Shown here one piece after another: positions 47,657 to 57,287 of a stretch of 64,000 nt of DNA. The stretch lies in NCBI GenBank assembly GCA_035351315.1, contig DAOPVX010000002.1, positions 23,717 to 87,716 on the forward strand, given 5' to 3'. The notes below the pieces were generated by a model that saw only the letters and a program-made list of their open reading frames with translations, was not told the DNA's origin and made no database searches. The DNA is from a bacterium. GTDB taxonomy: Bacteria > Patescibacteriota > Patescibacteriia > Patescibacteriales > Patescibacteriaceae. The first letter of the stretch is position 1. Each line of letters begins with the position of its first letter. Made by a program: the position numbers and the translations under genes.

Positions 47657-48346
47657 ATGGGACACAAAGTTAATCCAAAAATTTTCCGTATTGGCATCAT
47701 TAAGACTTGGCCATCCAAATGGTTCAAGCAAGGCCAGCAGTATATCAAGAATTTACAGCAAGATGTCAAGTTGCGTGATTTTCTTTTCAGTAATTTACGG
47801 GTCGCCGGCTTGGATCGGGTTGAGATTGAACGTAGCGCTAATAAGGTTTCAGTCAGTCTGTTCGTGGCTAAGCCTGGCTTAGTTATCGGCCATGGCGGTA
47901 CTGGCGCTGAAGATTTAAAGAAAAAATTACATAGTCAATTCTTAAAGAATTTTCGTTTGCATGATATCAGTTTAAATATTGGTGAAGTTAATCGGCCCAA
48001 TTTGAGTGCCAATATTTTAGCTCAGACCATGGCTTTAGAATTGGAACAGCGGGCGCCTTTTCGCAAAATAATGAAACAGACCATCAACCGCGCTGAGCGT
48101 TCTGGCGCTTTAGGGGTTAAGGTTATGGTCAGCGGACGGTTAAATGGCGCTGAAATTGCTCGGACCGAGGTTTTAACTTCTGGTAAAGTTCCTTTGCATA
48201 CTTTACGCGCTGATATAGATTATGCCCGCAGCACTGCCTATACCACCTTTGGTACTATCGGTATCAAAGTCTGGGTTTATCGCGGCGAAGTTTTTGATAA
48301 TATTGAGGAGGTTAAAGGCGAAGTCGTTGGCCAGCGGCTGCGTTAG
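47657..48346 (+). CDS. rpsC: 30S ribosomal protein S3
   Basis: MGHKVNPKIFRIGI, the KH segment KPGLVIGHGGTG and GRLNGAEIARTE. Confidence 0.96.
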   Translation: MGHKVNPKIFRIGIIKTWPSKWFKQGQQYIKNLQQDVKLRDFLFSNLRVAGLDRVEIERSANKVSVSLFVAKPGLVIGHGGTGAEDLKKKLHSQFLKNFRLHDISLNIGEVNRPNLSANILAQTMALELEQRAPFRKIMKQTINRAERSGALGVKVMVSGRLNGAEIARTEVLTSGKVPLHTLRADIDYARSTAYTTFGTIGIKVWVYRGEVFDNIEEVKGEVVGQRLR

Positions 48347-48370
48347 TTTATAAAAGTTAAGCAGACCAGT

Positions 48371-48787
48371 ATGTTAATGCCCAAGAAAACTAAATATCGT
48401 AAATCACATAAAGCCAAGCGCGGCGGTGTGGCTACTCGTGGCACTACTATCAGTTTTGGCAGTTATGGCTTAAAAGCCACTACCGCTTGCTGGGTGACCG
48501 CTCGTCAAATTGAGGCGGCTCGTCGAGTTATTACCCGTTATGTCCAGCGGACTGGCAAATTATGGATTCGTATTTTTCCAGATCGTCCGGTTACTGCTAA
48601 AGGTGGCGAAATTCCGATGGGTAAGGGTAAAGGAGCCGTTGATCATTATATTGTTCCAGTCAAGCCCGGTGTTATTATGTTTGAGATTGAAGGTATTGAT
48701 GAAAAGCGTGCCCGCGAGGCTATGAATTTAGCTGCTTACAAATTACCAGTTAAGTGTCAGTTTGTCGGCCGCGATCAGCTTAACTAA
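48371..48787 (+). CDS. rplP: 50S ribosomal protein L16
   Basis: MLMPKKTKYRKSHK, ITARQIEAARR-like VTARQIEAARRV and MGKGKGAVDHY. Confidence 0.96.
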   Translation: MLMPKKTKYRKSHKAKRGGVATRGTTISFGSYGLKATTACWVTARQIEAARRVITRYVQRTGKLWIRIFPDRPVTAKGGEIPMGKGKGAVDHYIVPVKPGVIMFEIEGIDEKRAREAMNLAAYKLPVKCQFVGRDQLN

Positions 48788-48805
48788 TTGTTTATTGTGA
48801 AGACT

Positions 48806-48994
48806 ATGGAATATCGAGATTTACAAACCAAGAGCGAGCACGAATTGCAACTGATGTTGGCCGAAAAACGCGCCGAATTAAAAGATCTGCGTTTTAAGAA
48901 TGCCAGTCATCAGCTGAAGGCAGTGCGGCATATTAGAGCGGTCCGCCAAACAGTGGCTCGCCTGTTAACTTTATTAAATAATCGCCAGAAATAA
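48806..48994 (+). CDS. rpmC: 50S ribosomal protein L29
   Basis: [44 protein letters not shown] 48806 is preferred to TTG 48788. Confidence 0.92.
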   Translation: MEYRDLQTKSEHELQLMLAEKRAELKDLRFKNASHQLKAVRHIRAVRQTVARLLTLLNNRQK

Positions 48995-48996
48995 TT

Positions 48997-49269
48997 ATGA
49001 CCAAGCAGAATCAGGTCGCTGCCCCTAAACAGGCCATGCGCAAAAAATTTCGTGGTGTTGTTGTCAGCGATAAGATGGAAAAAACCATTGTGGTTAAAGT
49101 GGAACGGGTGAAAGTTCATCCCAAGTATCACAAGCGTTATACTGTTAGCCGCAAATATAAGGTTCATGACGAGGCTGGAACTTGCCAGCTTGGCGATCAG
49201 GTAACCTTTGTGGAGTGCCGTCCGTTATCTAAAGATAAGCGCTGGCGAGTTTTGGTTAATAGCCGTTAA
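48997..49269 (+). CDS. rpsQ: 30S ribosomal protein S17
   Basis: [37 protein letters not shown]...GD.V...ECRPLSK.KRW. Confidence 0.95.
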   Translation: MTKQNQVAAPKQAMRKKFRGVVVSDKMEKTIVVKVERVKVHPKYHKRYTVSRKYKVHDEAGTCQLGDQVTFVECRPLSKDKRWRVLVNSR

Positions 49270-49292
49270 TTTGTTAATTAGTTATCATCCGT

Positions 49293-49664
49293 ATGATTCA
49301 AGTTCAAACCGTATTAAAAGTAGCTGATAACTCTGGCGCTAAGAAAGTGCAGTGCATTCGTTTAATGAAGGGTTATCGACGGCACTATGCTAGTGTTGGC
49401 GATATGATCATGGTGACTGTTAAAGAAGCGGTGCCGCATGCGGCTGTGAAAAAAAGCGATGTCTTGCCGGCGGTTATTGTCCGGACGACCAAAGAAATTC
49501 GTCGGGCCGATGGTAGCTATATCCGTTTTGATGAAAACGCCTGTGTTATTGTTGATAAAAAAAATCATGAACCGCGCGGAAGCCGTATTTTTGGGCCAAT
49601 CCCTCGTGAAGTCCGCCGGGCCGGCTTTGTTAAGATTGCTTCATTGGCGCCGGAAGTCTTATAA
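49293..49664 (+). CDS. rplN: 50S ribosomal protein L14
   Basis: [35 protein letters not shown] and GPIPREVR. Confidence 0.97.
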   Translation: MIQVQTVLKVADNSGAKKVQCIRLMKGYRRHYASVGDMIMVTVKEAVPHAAVKKSDVLPAVIVRTTKEIRRADGSYIRFDENACVIVDKKNHEPRGSRIFGPIPREVRRAGFVKIASLAPEVL

Positions 49665-49682
49665 TCAGTAATTAATCCAGTT

Positions 49683-50015
49683 ATGAAGATTAAAAAGAAT
49701 GATAAAGTATTAATTTTAGCTGGCAAAGATCGCGGCAAGACCGGCAAGGTATTGCAAGCTTTTCCTCGTCAGCAAAGAGCCAGCGTTGAAGGTATCAATT
49801 TACTGATAAAGCATATCCGGCCGCAACGCCGCGGCGAACATGGTCAGCGGATTGAATTTCCAGCCCCGCTGCATATTTCTAATTTGCAATTGATTTGTCC
49901 GCAGTGCGGTAAGCCGGCGCGGGTCGGTTATAAATATTTGGCAGTCAAAGAGGGCGATAAAACCAAGGCTCGCAAGGTCAGATTGTGTCGCCGCTGCCAA
50001 CAATTGATTGACTAG
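49683..50015 (+). CDS. rplX: 50S ribosomal protein L24 (zinc-ribbon-containing form)
   Basis: KOW motif KKNDKVLILAGKDRGKTGKV. CPQCGKPARVGY...RLCRRC matches the Cys4 form known from Thermus-type L24. Confidence 0.93.
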   Translation: MKIKKNDKVLILAGKDRGKTGKVLQAFPRQQRASVEGINLLIKHIRPQRRGEHGQRIEFPAPLHISNLQLICPQCGKPARVGYKYLAVKEGDKTKARKVRLCRRCQQLID

Positions 50016-50028
50016 TAAACATTATTTT

Positions 50029-50568
50029 ATGCGCTTGAAAGAAAAATACAACAAAGAAATAATCCCGGCCTTAAAAAAGGAATTTAAGTACGCCAATCTT
50101 TTTGATGTACCTAAATTAACTAAAGCGGTGGTTAATGTTGGTGTTGGCCGATTTACCAAAGACAAGGCCTATATTGAGAATGTTTGTGAAACGCTAGCTA
50201 AGATTACCGGTCAGCAGCCAATACTAAACCCGGCTCGCAAATCAATTTCCGCTTTTAAAATTCGTGAAGGCATGATTGTTGGAGTATCAGTAACTTTGCG
50301 CGGTCAGCGCATGTATGATTTTATTGAAAAATTGGTGGCTGTTTCGTTGCCGAGAATTCGTGATTTTCGCGGTTTGAACAGCAAACTAGTTGATCGTAGC
50401 GGTAATTTAAGTATTGGCATTAAAGAAAGCTCTTGTTTTCCAGAAATCCGCTCCGATGAAATTGAAAAATCTCATGGGTTAGAAATATGTTTGGCAACCA
50501 CTGCCAAAACTAGAGAGGAAGGGTTAGCCTTGTTTAAATTGATGGGTTTTCCTTTCAAGACTGAATAA
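50029..50568 (+). CDS. rplE: 50S ribosomal protein L5
   Basis: MRLKEKYNKEIIPALKKEF, VTLRGQRMYDF, RDFRGL, GNLSIGIKE. ATG 50029 is preferred to TTG 50008. Confidence 0.95.
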   Translation: MRLKEKYNKEIIPALKKEFKYANLFDVPKLTKAVVNVGVGRFTKDKAYIENVCETLAKITGQQPILNPARKSISAFKIREGMIVGVSVTLRGQRMYDFIEKLVAVSLPRIRDFRGLNSKLVDRSGNLSIGIKESSCFPEIRSDEIEKSHGLEICLATTAKTREEGLALFKLMGFPFKTE

Positions 50569-50594
50569 GTTTTATTAACTACTAGAAGAAGACT

Positions 50595-50780
50595 ATGGCC
50601 AGAAGAGCGTTAATTGTCAAAGCCAAAAAAACCCCTAAATTTTCCAGTCGGATTGTGCGCCGCTGTTGGCGCTGTGGGCGTAATCATGGCTATATGCGGG
50701 ATTTTGGAATCTGCCGCATTTGTTTTCGGGAGTTAGCTAGCAATGGCGACTTACCGGGTATTACTAAGTCCAGTTGGTAA
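50595..50780 (+). CDS. rpsN: 30S ribosomal protein S14, type Z (zinc-binding)
   Basis: 61 aa with CWRCGR...CRIC and a C-terminal LPGITKSSW. Confidence 0.95.
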   Translation: MARRALIVKAKKTPKFSSRIVRRCWRCGRNHGYMRDFGICRICFRELASNGDLPGITKSSW

Positions 50781-50817
50781 ATTATATATTTTTACAAATT
50801 CCTAAGTTCACCTTATT

Positions 50818-51231
50818 ATGATAGATCCAATTTCCGACATGCTGTCTCGTATCAGGAATGCCGCGGCTGTTAAAAAGGCCGAGGTTGTCCTGCCGATGAG
50901 CAAGTTGAAATATAATATTGCCAAAATATTGGAACGCGAAGGCTTTCTGGCTGGCGTTGAGATTATTAACCCAGATTCGGCTAAAAATAAAACCGCCGCT
51001 TTTGCTGAATTGCGCTTAGTTTTGAAATATCACAACAACGGTCAATCAGTCATTACGGCCATCAACCGGATTAGTCGTCCAGGTCGGCGAGTTTATTCTG
51101 GCAAAGAAAAATTGCCAGTAGTGGTTAATAATTTCGGTATCGCCATTATTTCTACTTCCGCTGGCCTGTTGACCAATAAAGAAGCGCGCCAGAAAGGAAT
51201 AGGCGGTGAAGTTTTGTGTAGCGTCTATTAA
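50818..51231 (+). CDS. rpsH: 30S ribosomal protein S8
   Basis: DPISDMLSRIRNA, ISRPGRRVY, GIAIISTSAGLLT and a C-terminal GGEVLCSVY. Confidence 0.96.
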   Translation: MIDPISDMLSRIRNAAAVKKAEVVLPMSKLKYNIAKILEREGFLAGVEIINPDSAKNKTAAFAELRLVLKYHNNGQSVITAINRISRPGRRVYSGKEKLPVVVNNFGIAIISTSAGLLTNKEARQKGIGGEVLCSVY

Positions 51232-51254
51232 TTTGTTGATAATTGATTAAGCAT

Positions 51255-51794
51255 ATGTCAAGATTAGGAAAATTACCGATTATTTTGCCAGCCGGCACCA
51301 CTGCCGTTTTGGATAAGGGAATTCTAACGGTTAATGGTCCCAAGGGCCAACTCCAGCAAGCCATCCACAAATTTATTAAGGTGGTTATTGAGGACGGCGC
51401 TATTATGGTTAATGTTGACAATAAAGACGAACGTCAGCAGCGAGCTTTTTGGGGATTATTTCATAAGTTGATCGGTAATATGGTTATCGGTGTTAGTCAG
51501 GGTTATGAAAAGAAGCTGGAGATTAACGGTGTTGGTTATCGGGTTAGTATTGCTGGCCAGAAACTAACTCTCAACCTAGGTTTTTCTCATCCAGTTGATT
51601 TTATTTTGCCTGATGGTATCAAGGGGCAGGTGGAGGCCAATATTATTACTTTGACCGGTATTGATAAGCAATTGGTCGGGGAGATTGCCGCCCAGATTCG
51701 TCGCCAGAGAAAGCCGGAGCCATACAAAGGGAAAGGTATCAAATATATTGATGAAGTTATCCGTCGCAAGGCCGGCAAGACTTCAGCTAAATAA
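51255..51794 (+). CDS. rplF: 50S ribosomal protein L6
   Basis: MSRLGKLPI, GYEKKLEINGVGYR, GFSHPV and PEPYKGKGIKY. ATG 51255 is preferred to TTG 51243. Confidence 0.95.
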   Translation: MSRLGKLPIILPAGTTAVLDKGILTVNGPKGQLQQAIHKFIKVVIEDGAIMVNVDNKDERQQRAFWGLFHKLIGNMVIGVSQGYEKKLEINGVGYRVSIAGQKLTLNLGFSHPVDFILPDGIKGQVEANIITLTGIDKQLVGEIAAQIRRQRKPEPYKGKGIKYIDEVIRRKAGKTSAK

Positions 51795-51815
51795 GCTAGC
51801 TAATTTTAGAATGAT

Positions 51816-52166
51816 ATGAGCAGTACAAGTAAAACAGCTAAAAAAATTAGACGCCATAATCGCGTTCGGGCTAAAATTAGCGGGACAGCTGATTGTCCGC
51901 GGTTGAGTGTTTTCCGGTCGAATCGGGGTATGTATCTGCAAGCCATTGACGATACTAAGGGTTTAACGCTAGCTAGCGCTCATAGCCGTGAGGTTAAGGT
52001 TAAGGGCAATAAAACTGAAGTTAGTCAGGCTCTCGGTGTTTTAATGGCCGAAAAATTATTAGCCAAAAAAATTAGTAAAATAGTTTTTGATCGGGGCAGT
52101 AGCGCCTATCATGGCCGTGTTCAAGCTGCCGCTGAAGGCGCTCGCCAGGCTGGCTTGCAATTTTAG
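51816..52166 (+). CDS. rplR: 50S ribosomal protein L18
   Basis: [35 protein letters not shown] and [26 protein letters not shown]. Confidence 0.96.
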   Translation: MSSTSKTAKKIRRHNRVRAKISGTADCPRLSVFRSNRGMYLQAIDDTKGLTLASAHSREVKVKGNKTEVSQALGVLMAEKLLAKKISKIVFDRGSSAYHGRVQAAAEGARQAGLQF

Positions 52167-52182
52167 TTAATTAGCATCAAGT

Positions 52183-52851
52183 ATGACTGAAGTTAAAGAT
52201 ACTATCGTCAGCGAAAAACAAGCCGTTCCAGAGGCTGTGTCCGCTGTCACTGAAAATCAGGCGACTGAACGTCCTAGCCGCAGTAGTAATCGCGGTCAAC
52301 GAGGCAATGCTGGCGGCCGCGGCCGCGGTGATCGCCGGTCTAATGATCGTCAATCTCAGGATGAGTTTGATCAAAAGATTTTGGACATCGCTCGAGTTAC
52401 TAGAGTTATGGCGGGCGGTAAAAGAATGCGTTTCCGCGCCTGTGTCGCTATTGGTGATCGCAAGGGACGCGTCGCTATTGGTTTAGCCAAGGGGCTAGAT
52501 GTTACTATTGCAGTCAACAAAGCAGTTAATCAGGCTAAAAAGAATTTGGTTACTGTGCCGATGATTGATAAAACTATCCCTCATGAAATTAAACAGAAAT
52601 CTGATTCGGCTGTTATTATCTTAAAACCGGCCAAACAGGGTCGCGGTATTATTGCCGGTAGCGTGGTGCGGATTATTTTAGAATTAGCCGGTATTAATAA
52701 TGTTACTAGCAAGATGCTAGGATCGCATAATAAGATTAATAATGCGAAGTGTGTTATTAAGGCCTTGCGTAACCTGAAAAAACCGGCGGCCAATCATCGT
52801 TCAGTTAGTAAGCCAGCCGTTGCCATTAAGACCGAAACCGGGGCCGAATAG
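52183..52851 (+). CDS. rpsE: 30S ribosomal protein S5 with an Arg/Gly-rich N-terminal extension
   Basis: VTRVMAGGKRMRFRACVAIGDRKGRVAIGLAKG and RPAKQGRGIIAG-like KPAKQGRGIIAGSVVR. Confidence 0.95.
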   Translation: MTEVKDTIVSEKQAVPEAVSAVTENQATERPSRSSNRGQRGNAGGRGRGDRRSNDRQSQDEFDQKILDIARVTRVMAGGKRMRFRACVAIGDRKGRVAIGLAKGLDVTIAVNKAVNQAKKNLVTVPMIDKTIPHEIKQKSDSAVIILKPAKQGRGIIAGSVVRIILELAGINNVTSKMLGSHNKINNAKCVIKALRNLKKPAANHRSVSKPAVAIKTETGAE

Positions 52852-52872
52852 TAAATTAATTAATTTCTTTTT

Positions 52873-53310
52873 ATGTTGACACTCCACACATTAAAACCGG
52901 CGATTGGTTCCAGCAAACAGCGCAAGCGAGTCGGACGAGGTAATGCTTCCGGACACGGTAATTACAGCGGTAAAGGCATGAAGGGACAGAAATCTCGTTC
53001 GGGCGTCAGCGGTATTAAGCGCATGGCCCTAAAAAAGGCGATGTTACAAATTCCTAAATTGCGTGGTTTCCAATCCAATAAGCCTAAATATCAAGTAGTT
53101 AATTTATCCACCCTGAGCCGCAGTTTTGCCGATGGTGCTATAATTTCGGCCGATAGCTTACTTAAGGCCGGATTGGTTAGTCAGGCCAAAAATATTAAGA
53201 TTTTGGCTAACGGTGAATTAAAATTAAAGAATTTACAGATTAAGGGTTTAAAGCTCAGCGCGGCCGCTCAGGAACAGCTGACTAAAATGGGTGGAAAAAT
53301 AGTTGAATAA
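52873..53310 (+). CDS. rplO: 50S ribosomal protein L15
   Basis: LKPAIGSSKQRKRVGRGNASGHGNYSGKGMKGQKSRSG. Confidence 0.95.
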   Translation: MLTLHTLKPAIGSSKQRKRVGRGNASGHGNYSGKGMKGQKSRSGVSGIKRMALKKAMLQIPKLRGFQSNKPKYQVVNLSTLSRSFADGAIISADSLLKAGLVSQAKNIKILANGELKLKNLQIKGLKLSAAAQEQLTKMGGKIVE

Positions 53311-53319
53311 ATTACTTTT

Positions 53320-54588
53320 ATGGAAAAATTACTAAAAATTTGGCGGATTCGTGAATTGAGAAACAATATTTTGTTTGTCATTGCCATGCTGGTAATTTTT
53401 CGGCTGGCGGCTCATTTACCAGTGCCTGGCGTCAATGCTCAAGCTTTGCGTGATCTGTTTGCTTCCAATCAATTTTTAGGTTTGATGAATCTGTTTTCCG
53501 GCGGCGGTATGCAAAATTTTTCCATCGTTATGATGGGAGTAGCGCCGTATATTACGGCTTCGATCATCTTTCAGCTGTTAGGAATGATTGTCCCGTCAAT
53601 TGAAGAAATGAATAAAGAAGAAGCTGGTCGGCAAAAGATTAATATGTGGACTCGTTGGGCCACAGTGCCATTGGCGGTGATCCAGTCTTACGGCATGATT
53701 GCTTTATTGCGTCGCTCCAGTTATCAGATTCTCGGCTCAATTGATTGGCTTAACTATGTTACCATTATCGTTACCATTACAGCTGGCACTGTTTTTTTGA
53801 TGTGGCTCGGTGAATTGATTACCGAAAGAAAGACCGGCAACGGCATTTCTATGTTGATTTTTGCCGGTATTATCGCTGGCGTGCCGCAGTCAATTCAGCA
53901 ATTAATCTTGACTTATGATAGTTCCAAGCTGTTTATGGTTATCGGTTTTGTTGTTATTGCGATTTTAACGATTGTAGGCGTTATTTATATTAGTGAGGGC
54001 CAGCGCAATATTCCGGTGCAATATGCCCGTCAAATGCATGGCGGCCATAGCTATGGCGGCAGCACCACTCATTTGCCTCTCCGAGTTAATATGGCCGGAG
54101 TCATTCCGATTATTTTTGCTGTGTCAGTTATTCTTTTTCCGTCAATGATTGCTCAATTCTTTGTGACTAGCAAAGTGTCTTGGTTAGCTAAAGCTTCAAC
54201 CTGGGTTATCGGTTTGTTGGCCAATCAGTGGTTCTATGGTATTAGCTACTTTATTTTAGTGGTTGCTTTTACTTATTTTTATACTGAAGTGGTTTTCCAT
54301 CCTAACCAAGTAGCAGAAAATTTACAAAAACAGGGTGGTTTTGTGCCCGGTATTCGTCCCGGTCAACAGACCAGTCGTTATTTATCTGGCGTGCTTCATA
54401 AGATTACGCTAGCTGGCGCTTTATTTTTGGGTATTATTGCGATTTTACCGTTAATTATGAAATCAATTACCGGTATGCAGTCGCTAGCTATTGGCGGCAC
54501 CTCTCTTTTGATTGTCGTTTCGGTGGTTATTGAAACTGTTAAACAGATTGAAGCACAGATGACTATGCGGCAATACGATGGATATTAG
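53320..54588 (+). CDS. secY: Preprotein translocase subunit SecY
   Basis: LFSGGGMQNFSIVMMGVAPYITASIIFQLL, ELITERKTGNGISMLIF and GGFVPGIRPG. Confidence 0.97.
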   Translation: MEKLLKIWRIRELRNNILFVIAMLVIFRLAAHLPVPGVNAQALRDLFASNQFLGLMNLFSGGGMQNFSIVMMGVAPYITASIIFQLLGMIVPSIEEMNKEEAGRQKINMWTRWATVPLAVIQSYGMIALLRRSSYQILGSIDWLNYVTIIVTITAGTVFLMWLGELITERKTGNGISMLIFAGIIAGVPQSIQQLILTYDSSKLFMVIGFVVIAILTIVGVIYISEGQRNIPVQYARQMHGGHSYGGSTTHLPLRVNMAGVIPIIFAVSVILFPSMIAQFFVTSKVSWLAKASTWVIGLLANQWFYGISYFILVVAFTYFYTEVVFHPNQVAENLQKQGGFVPGIRPGQQTSRYLSGVLHKITLAGALFLGIIAILPLIMKSITGMQSLAIGGTSLLIVVSVVIETVKQIEAQMTMRQYDGY

Positions 54589-54610
54589 ACTTTAGCTAGA
54601 TTATTGATAG

Positions 54611-54640
54611 GCAGGCTCGCTAGCGAGCCTGTTTTGTTTT
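54611..54640 (+). terminator. Rho-independent terminator after secY
   Basis: CAGGCTCG-CTAG-CGAGCCTG (54612-54631) followed by TTTTGTTTT. Confidence 0.75.
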
Positions 54641-54687
54641 AATGGATTGTGGTATAGTAAAAGAGTTAAATTAATAATTTTTTGGCT

Positions 54688-55359
54688 ATGGCCAGATTAG
54701 TTTTGTTTTTTTTCGGCCCGCCGGGTTCGGGCAAAGGAACGCAATCAGCTAATTTATCGCAACAGCTCGGTTTGCCAGCAATTTCGACCGGCAATCTTTT
54801 GCGCCAGCATTATCAATCAATAGGTGAGCATAATGCTGCCATGAATGAAGGGCAATTAGTGAGCGATGATCTGATTAATAAGTTGCTGGTTGAGCGCTTA
54901 AATCAGCCCGATGCACAAAGCGGGTTTATTTTAGATGGCTATCCTCGTAATAAGACTCAATTTGATTATTTTTATAATAATATCATTAACCCCGACGATA
55001 AAATTTGCGCTATTGAGATTAGTGTTAGCGATCAGGAAGTGCAGCATCGTATAGCTGGTCGACGTTTTTGCCCCAAGTGCGGCGCTGGTTACCATTTAAC
55101 TTACAAGCCAAGTCTTCAAGCTGACCGTTGTGATGATTGTCAAACAAGATTAGAACAACGCCCTGATGATAGTCCAGAAACTATCCAAGAACGGTTGGCG
55201 CTTTATCGGCGCACTATGGGACCGTTAGTGGTTTCGTGGTGGCAATTAGGCGAACTGATTATTATTAATGGCGAAAAAAATATTGACAGTGTTTATCATG
55301 ATATTTTATCAGTTTTACAAGAACGAGGCTTGGTGCCGCCAAAGTCAGAGATTGTATGA
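54688..55359 (+). CDS. adk: Adenylate kinase (zinc-lid form)
   Basis: FFGPPGSGKGTQ, ILDGYPRN, and lid CPKCGAGYH...CDDC. ATG 54688 is preferred to TTG 54682. Confidence 0.93.
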   Translation: MARLVLFFFGPPGSGKGTQSANLSQQLGLPAISTGNLLRQHYQSIGEHNAAMNEGQLVSDDLINKLLVERLNQPDAQSGFILDGYPRNKTQFDYFYNNIINPDDKICAIEISVSDQEVQHRIAGRRFCPKCGAGYHLTYKPSLQADRCDDCQTRLEQRPDDSPETIQERLALYRRTMGPLVVSWWQLGELIIINGEKNIDSVYHDILSVLQERGLVPPKSEIV

Positions 55360-56192
55360 TTCGTTATAAAAATCCTGAACAAATTGCTTTATTGCATGAA
55401 GGCGGTCAAAAATTAGGCCGAATTACTGCTCAATTAGCTGCTGCGGTTCGTCCGGGCGTGACCACAGCCGATTTAGAAGAATTATTGTTGCAGTTGATTG
55501 CCGAAGCTGGTGGTGCGCCAGCTTTTAAGGGTTATAAGTCTAGCCATCGCAGCCGAGCTTTTCCCACCGCTTTATGCGCCTCTATTAATCAACAGATTGT
55601 TCATGGACCGGCCATCCCCGGTCGAGTTTTAAAATCTGGTGATATTATTAGCCTAGATTTAGGCATGGAATATCCGCTCAAGAAACCGGGAATAGTCTCA
55701 GATTGGCCGATCAATCCTAACTCGCCTCATGGCGGTTATTTTACTGATATGGCCGTGACAGTGCCGATTGGCAAGGTTAGCCAAGTGGTTCAGAAATTGA
55801 TTAATACTACTAGACAATCATTACAACTAGCCATTGCTCAGGCTTTGCCTGGTAATACTTTATTACAGATCGCTCAGGCTATTCAGTCATTTGTGGAAAA
55901 ACGGGGTTTTAGCGTGGTGCGTGATTTAGTCGGTCATGGTGTTGGTTTAGCTGTTCATGAAGACCCGCAGATTCCTCATTATGTCTGTAATCAATATGGC
56001 GAACAAGACATTGTTTTAAAACCAGGCATGGTTATCGCCATTGAGCCGATGATTAGTTTAGGCAGCCCAGATATTACCACCGGTCGCGATGGTTTTTCAT
56101 TTGAAACGATTGACGGCAGCTGGAGTGCTCATTTTGAGCACACTATTGCTATTACTGCGACTGGTCAGCAGATTTTAACGCTACCCGAATGA
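55356..56192 (+). CDS. map: Methionine aminopeptidase type I
   Basis: QIVHGPA, DIISLDLG, GHGVGLAVHEDPQIPHY, VIAIEPM and AHFEHTIAIT. It has a 4-nt ATGA overlap with adk. Confidence 0.93.
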   Translation: MIRYKNPEQIALLHEGGQKLGRITAQLAAAVRPGVTTADLEELLLQLIAEAGGAPAFKGYKSSHRSRAFPTALCASINQQIVHGPAIPGRVLKSGDIISLDLGMEYPLKKPGIVSDWPINPNSPHGGYFTDMAVTVPIGKVSQVVQKLINTTRQSLQLAIAQALPGNTLLQIAQAIQSFVEKRGFSVVRDLVGHGVGLAVHEDPQIPHYVCNQYGEQDIVLKPGMVIAIEPMISLGSPDITTGRDGFSFETIDGSWSAHFEHTIAITATGQQILTLPE

Positions 56193-56584
56193 TTGAACCG
56201 ATTATTTATTTAGGTATTGATTGGGGGATTAGTAAAATTGGCCTAGCCATTGGTGATAGTCAAACCAAACTGGCTTTGCCCTATGGTCGAGTGGCTAGCT
56301 GGTCAGAGGTGGAAAAAGTTATTCAGCGTGAAAAAATTGATCAATTAATCATCGGTTGGCCGCGCCATTTAGCCGATCAGACCATTGATCCTCATCCTGG
56401 CTGGCAATATTTTGTTGATCAAGCCGAAACCAGCGGTTATCCTGTTCATTTAGTCGATGAACGGCTGACTACGGTTGCCGCTGATCGTCTGATTAATCAT
56501 CAAAAAGCGGCCGCCGATCAAGATGCTATTGCCGCCATGTTGATTTTGCAAAGTTTTTTTGATAATTATGCGGCGCACTACTAG
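56189..56584 (+). CDS. ruvX: Holliday-junction resolvase-like nuclease RuvX/YqgF
   Basis: LGIDWGISKIGLAIGD, IIGWP, VDERLTT and DQDAIAAMLILQSF. Confidence 0.85.
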   Translation: MIEPIIYLGIDWGISKIGLAIGDSQTKLALPYGRVASWSEVEKVIQREKIDQLIIGWPRHLADQTIDPHPGWQYFVDQAETSGYPVHLVDERLTTVAADRLINHQKAAADQDAIAAMLILQSFFDNYAAHY

Positions 56585-57287
56585 CGAGCGCTTGTTGATT
56601 TTACAGCGTCGCCAATGTCAGGAACAAGATGCCATTATTACCGCTTTTAGTCCGCAGCGTGGATTACTAAGGCTTTGGTGCCGTGGTTTATTCAAACCTC
56701 AATCCAAGTTAGCCGGTCATGTGGAGCCCCTAACCATCATTGACGGGTTGATTGTTTGGGGACAGCGGCCGTTATTGAGTGCGGCCGTCAGCCGTCAATC
56801 CTTCGGCCAGCTAAAGAGTCAGTTAGCGGCGGTTGTGGTGGCCAGTCAGATTATTAACCGCTATCAGCGTTGGTTGACAACCGGTCAAGTCGTCGCTGAG
56901 GCTTGGTCAGATTTGAACGAGCTTTTAACTGATTGGGATCGACAGCCGCTGAGTTTAAATATTTTAACTGCTGGTTCGCAGGCTATTCAGTGGCGGTTGG
57001 GCAATCGGCTTGGCTATGCCCCTGATTTAGAGCGGTGTGTTAATTGTCAACAGCTATTTTCAACCTCAGTCTGGTGGCGACCATTTGATGGCGGACTAGT
57101 TTGCTCAAATTGCCGGCCAGCCGCCGCCAATTTAGAATTATCAGCCGTGGCCCGGCAATATTGGTTAAGACTTTTAACTGACGAGTGGCTTGAATTGACG
57201 AAATCGCCCCTATCGCCTACAATTTTAGAGCAGCAAACCGGCTTTTTTAATGAGTGGGTTAATTTTTTAGATCACTATATATGTTAA
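56568..57287 (+). CDS. recO: DNA repair protein RecO
   Basis: An N-terminal OB-like segment (ERLLILQRRQCQEQDAIITAFSPQRGLLRL) and zinc finger CVNCQQ...CSNC. ATG 56568 is preferred to TTG 56559. Confidence 0.8.
   Translation: MRRTTSERLLILQRRQCQEQDAIITAFSPQRGLLRLWCRGLFKPQSKLAGHVEPLTIIDGLIVWGQRPLLSAAVSRQSFGQLKSQLAAVVVASQIINRYQRWLTTGQVVAEAWSDLNELLTDWDRQPLSLNILTAGSQAIQWRLGNRLGYAPDLERCVNCQQLFSTSVWWRPFDGGLVCSNCRPAAANLELSAVARQYWLRLLTDEWLELTKSPLSPTILEQQTGFFNEWVNFLDHYIC

Noticed and set aside
49890-50003. CxxC...CxxC zinc ribbon in L24 as a novelty
   Set aside because: The same Cys4 ribbon is known in Thermus-type L24. It fits the general use of zinc-binding (C+) forms here (S14 type Z, L28).
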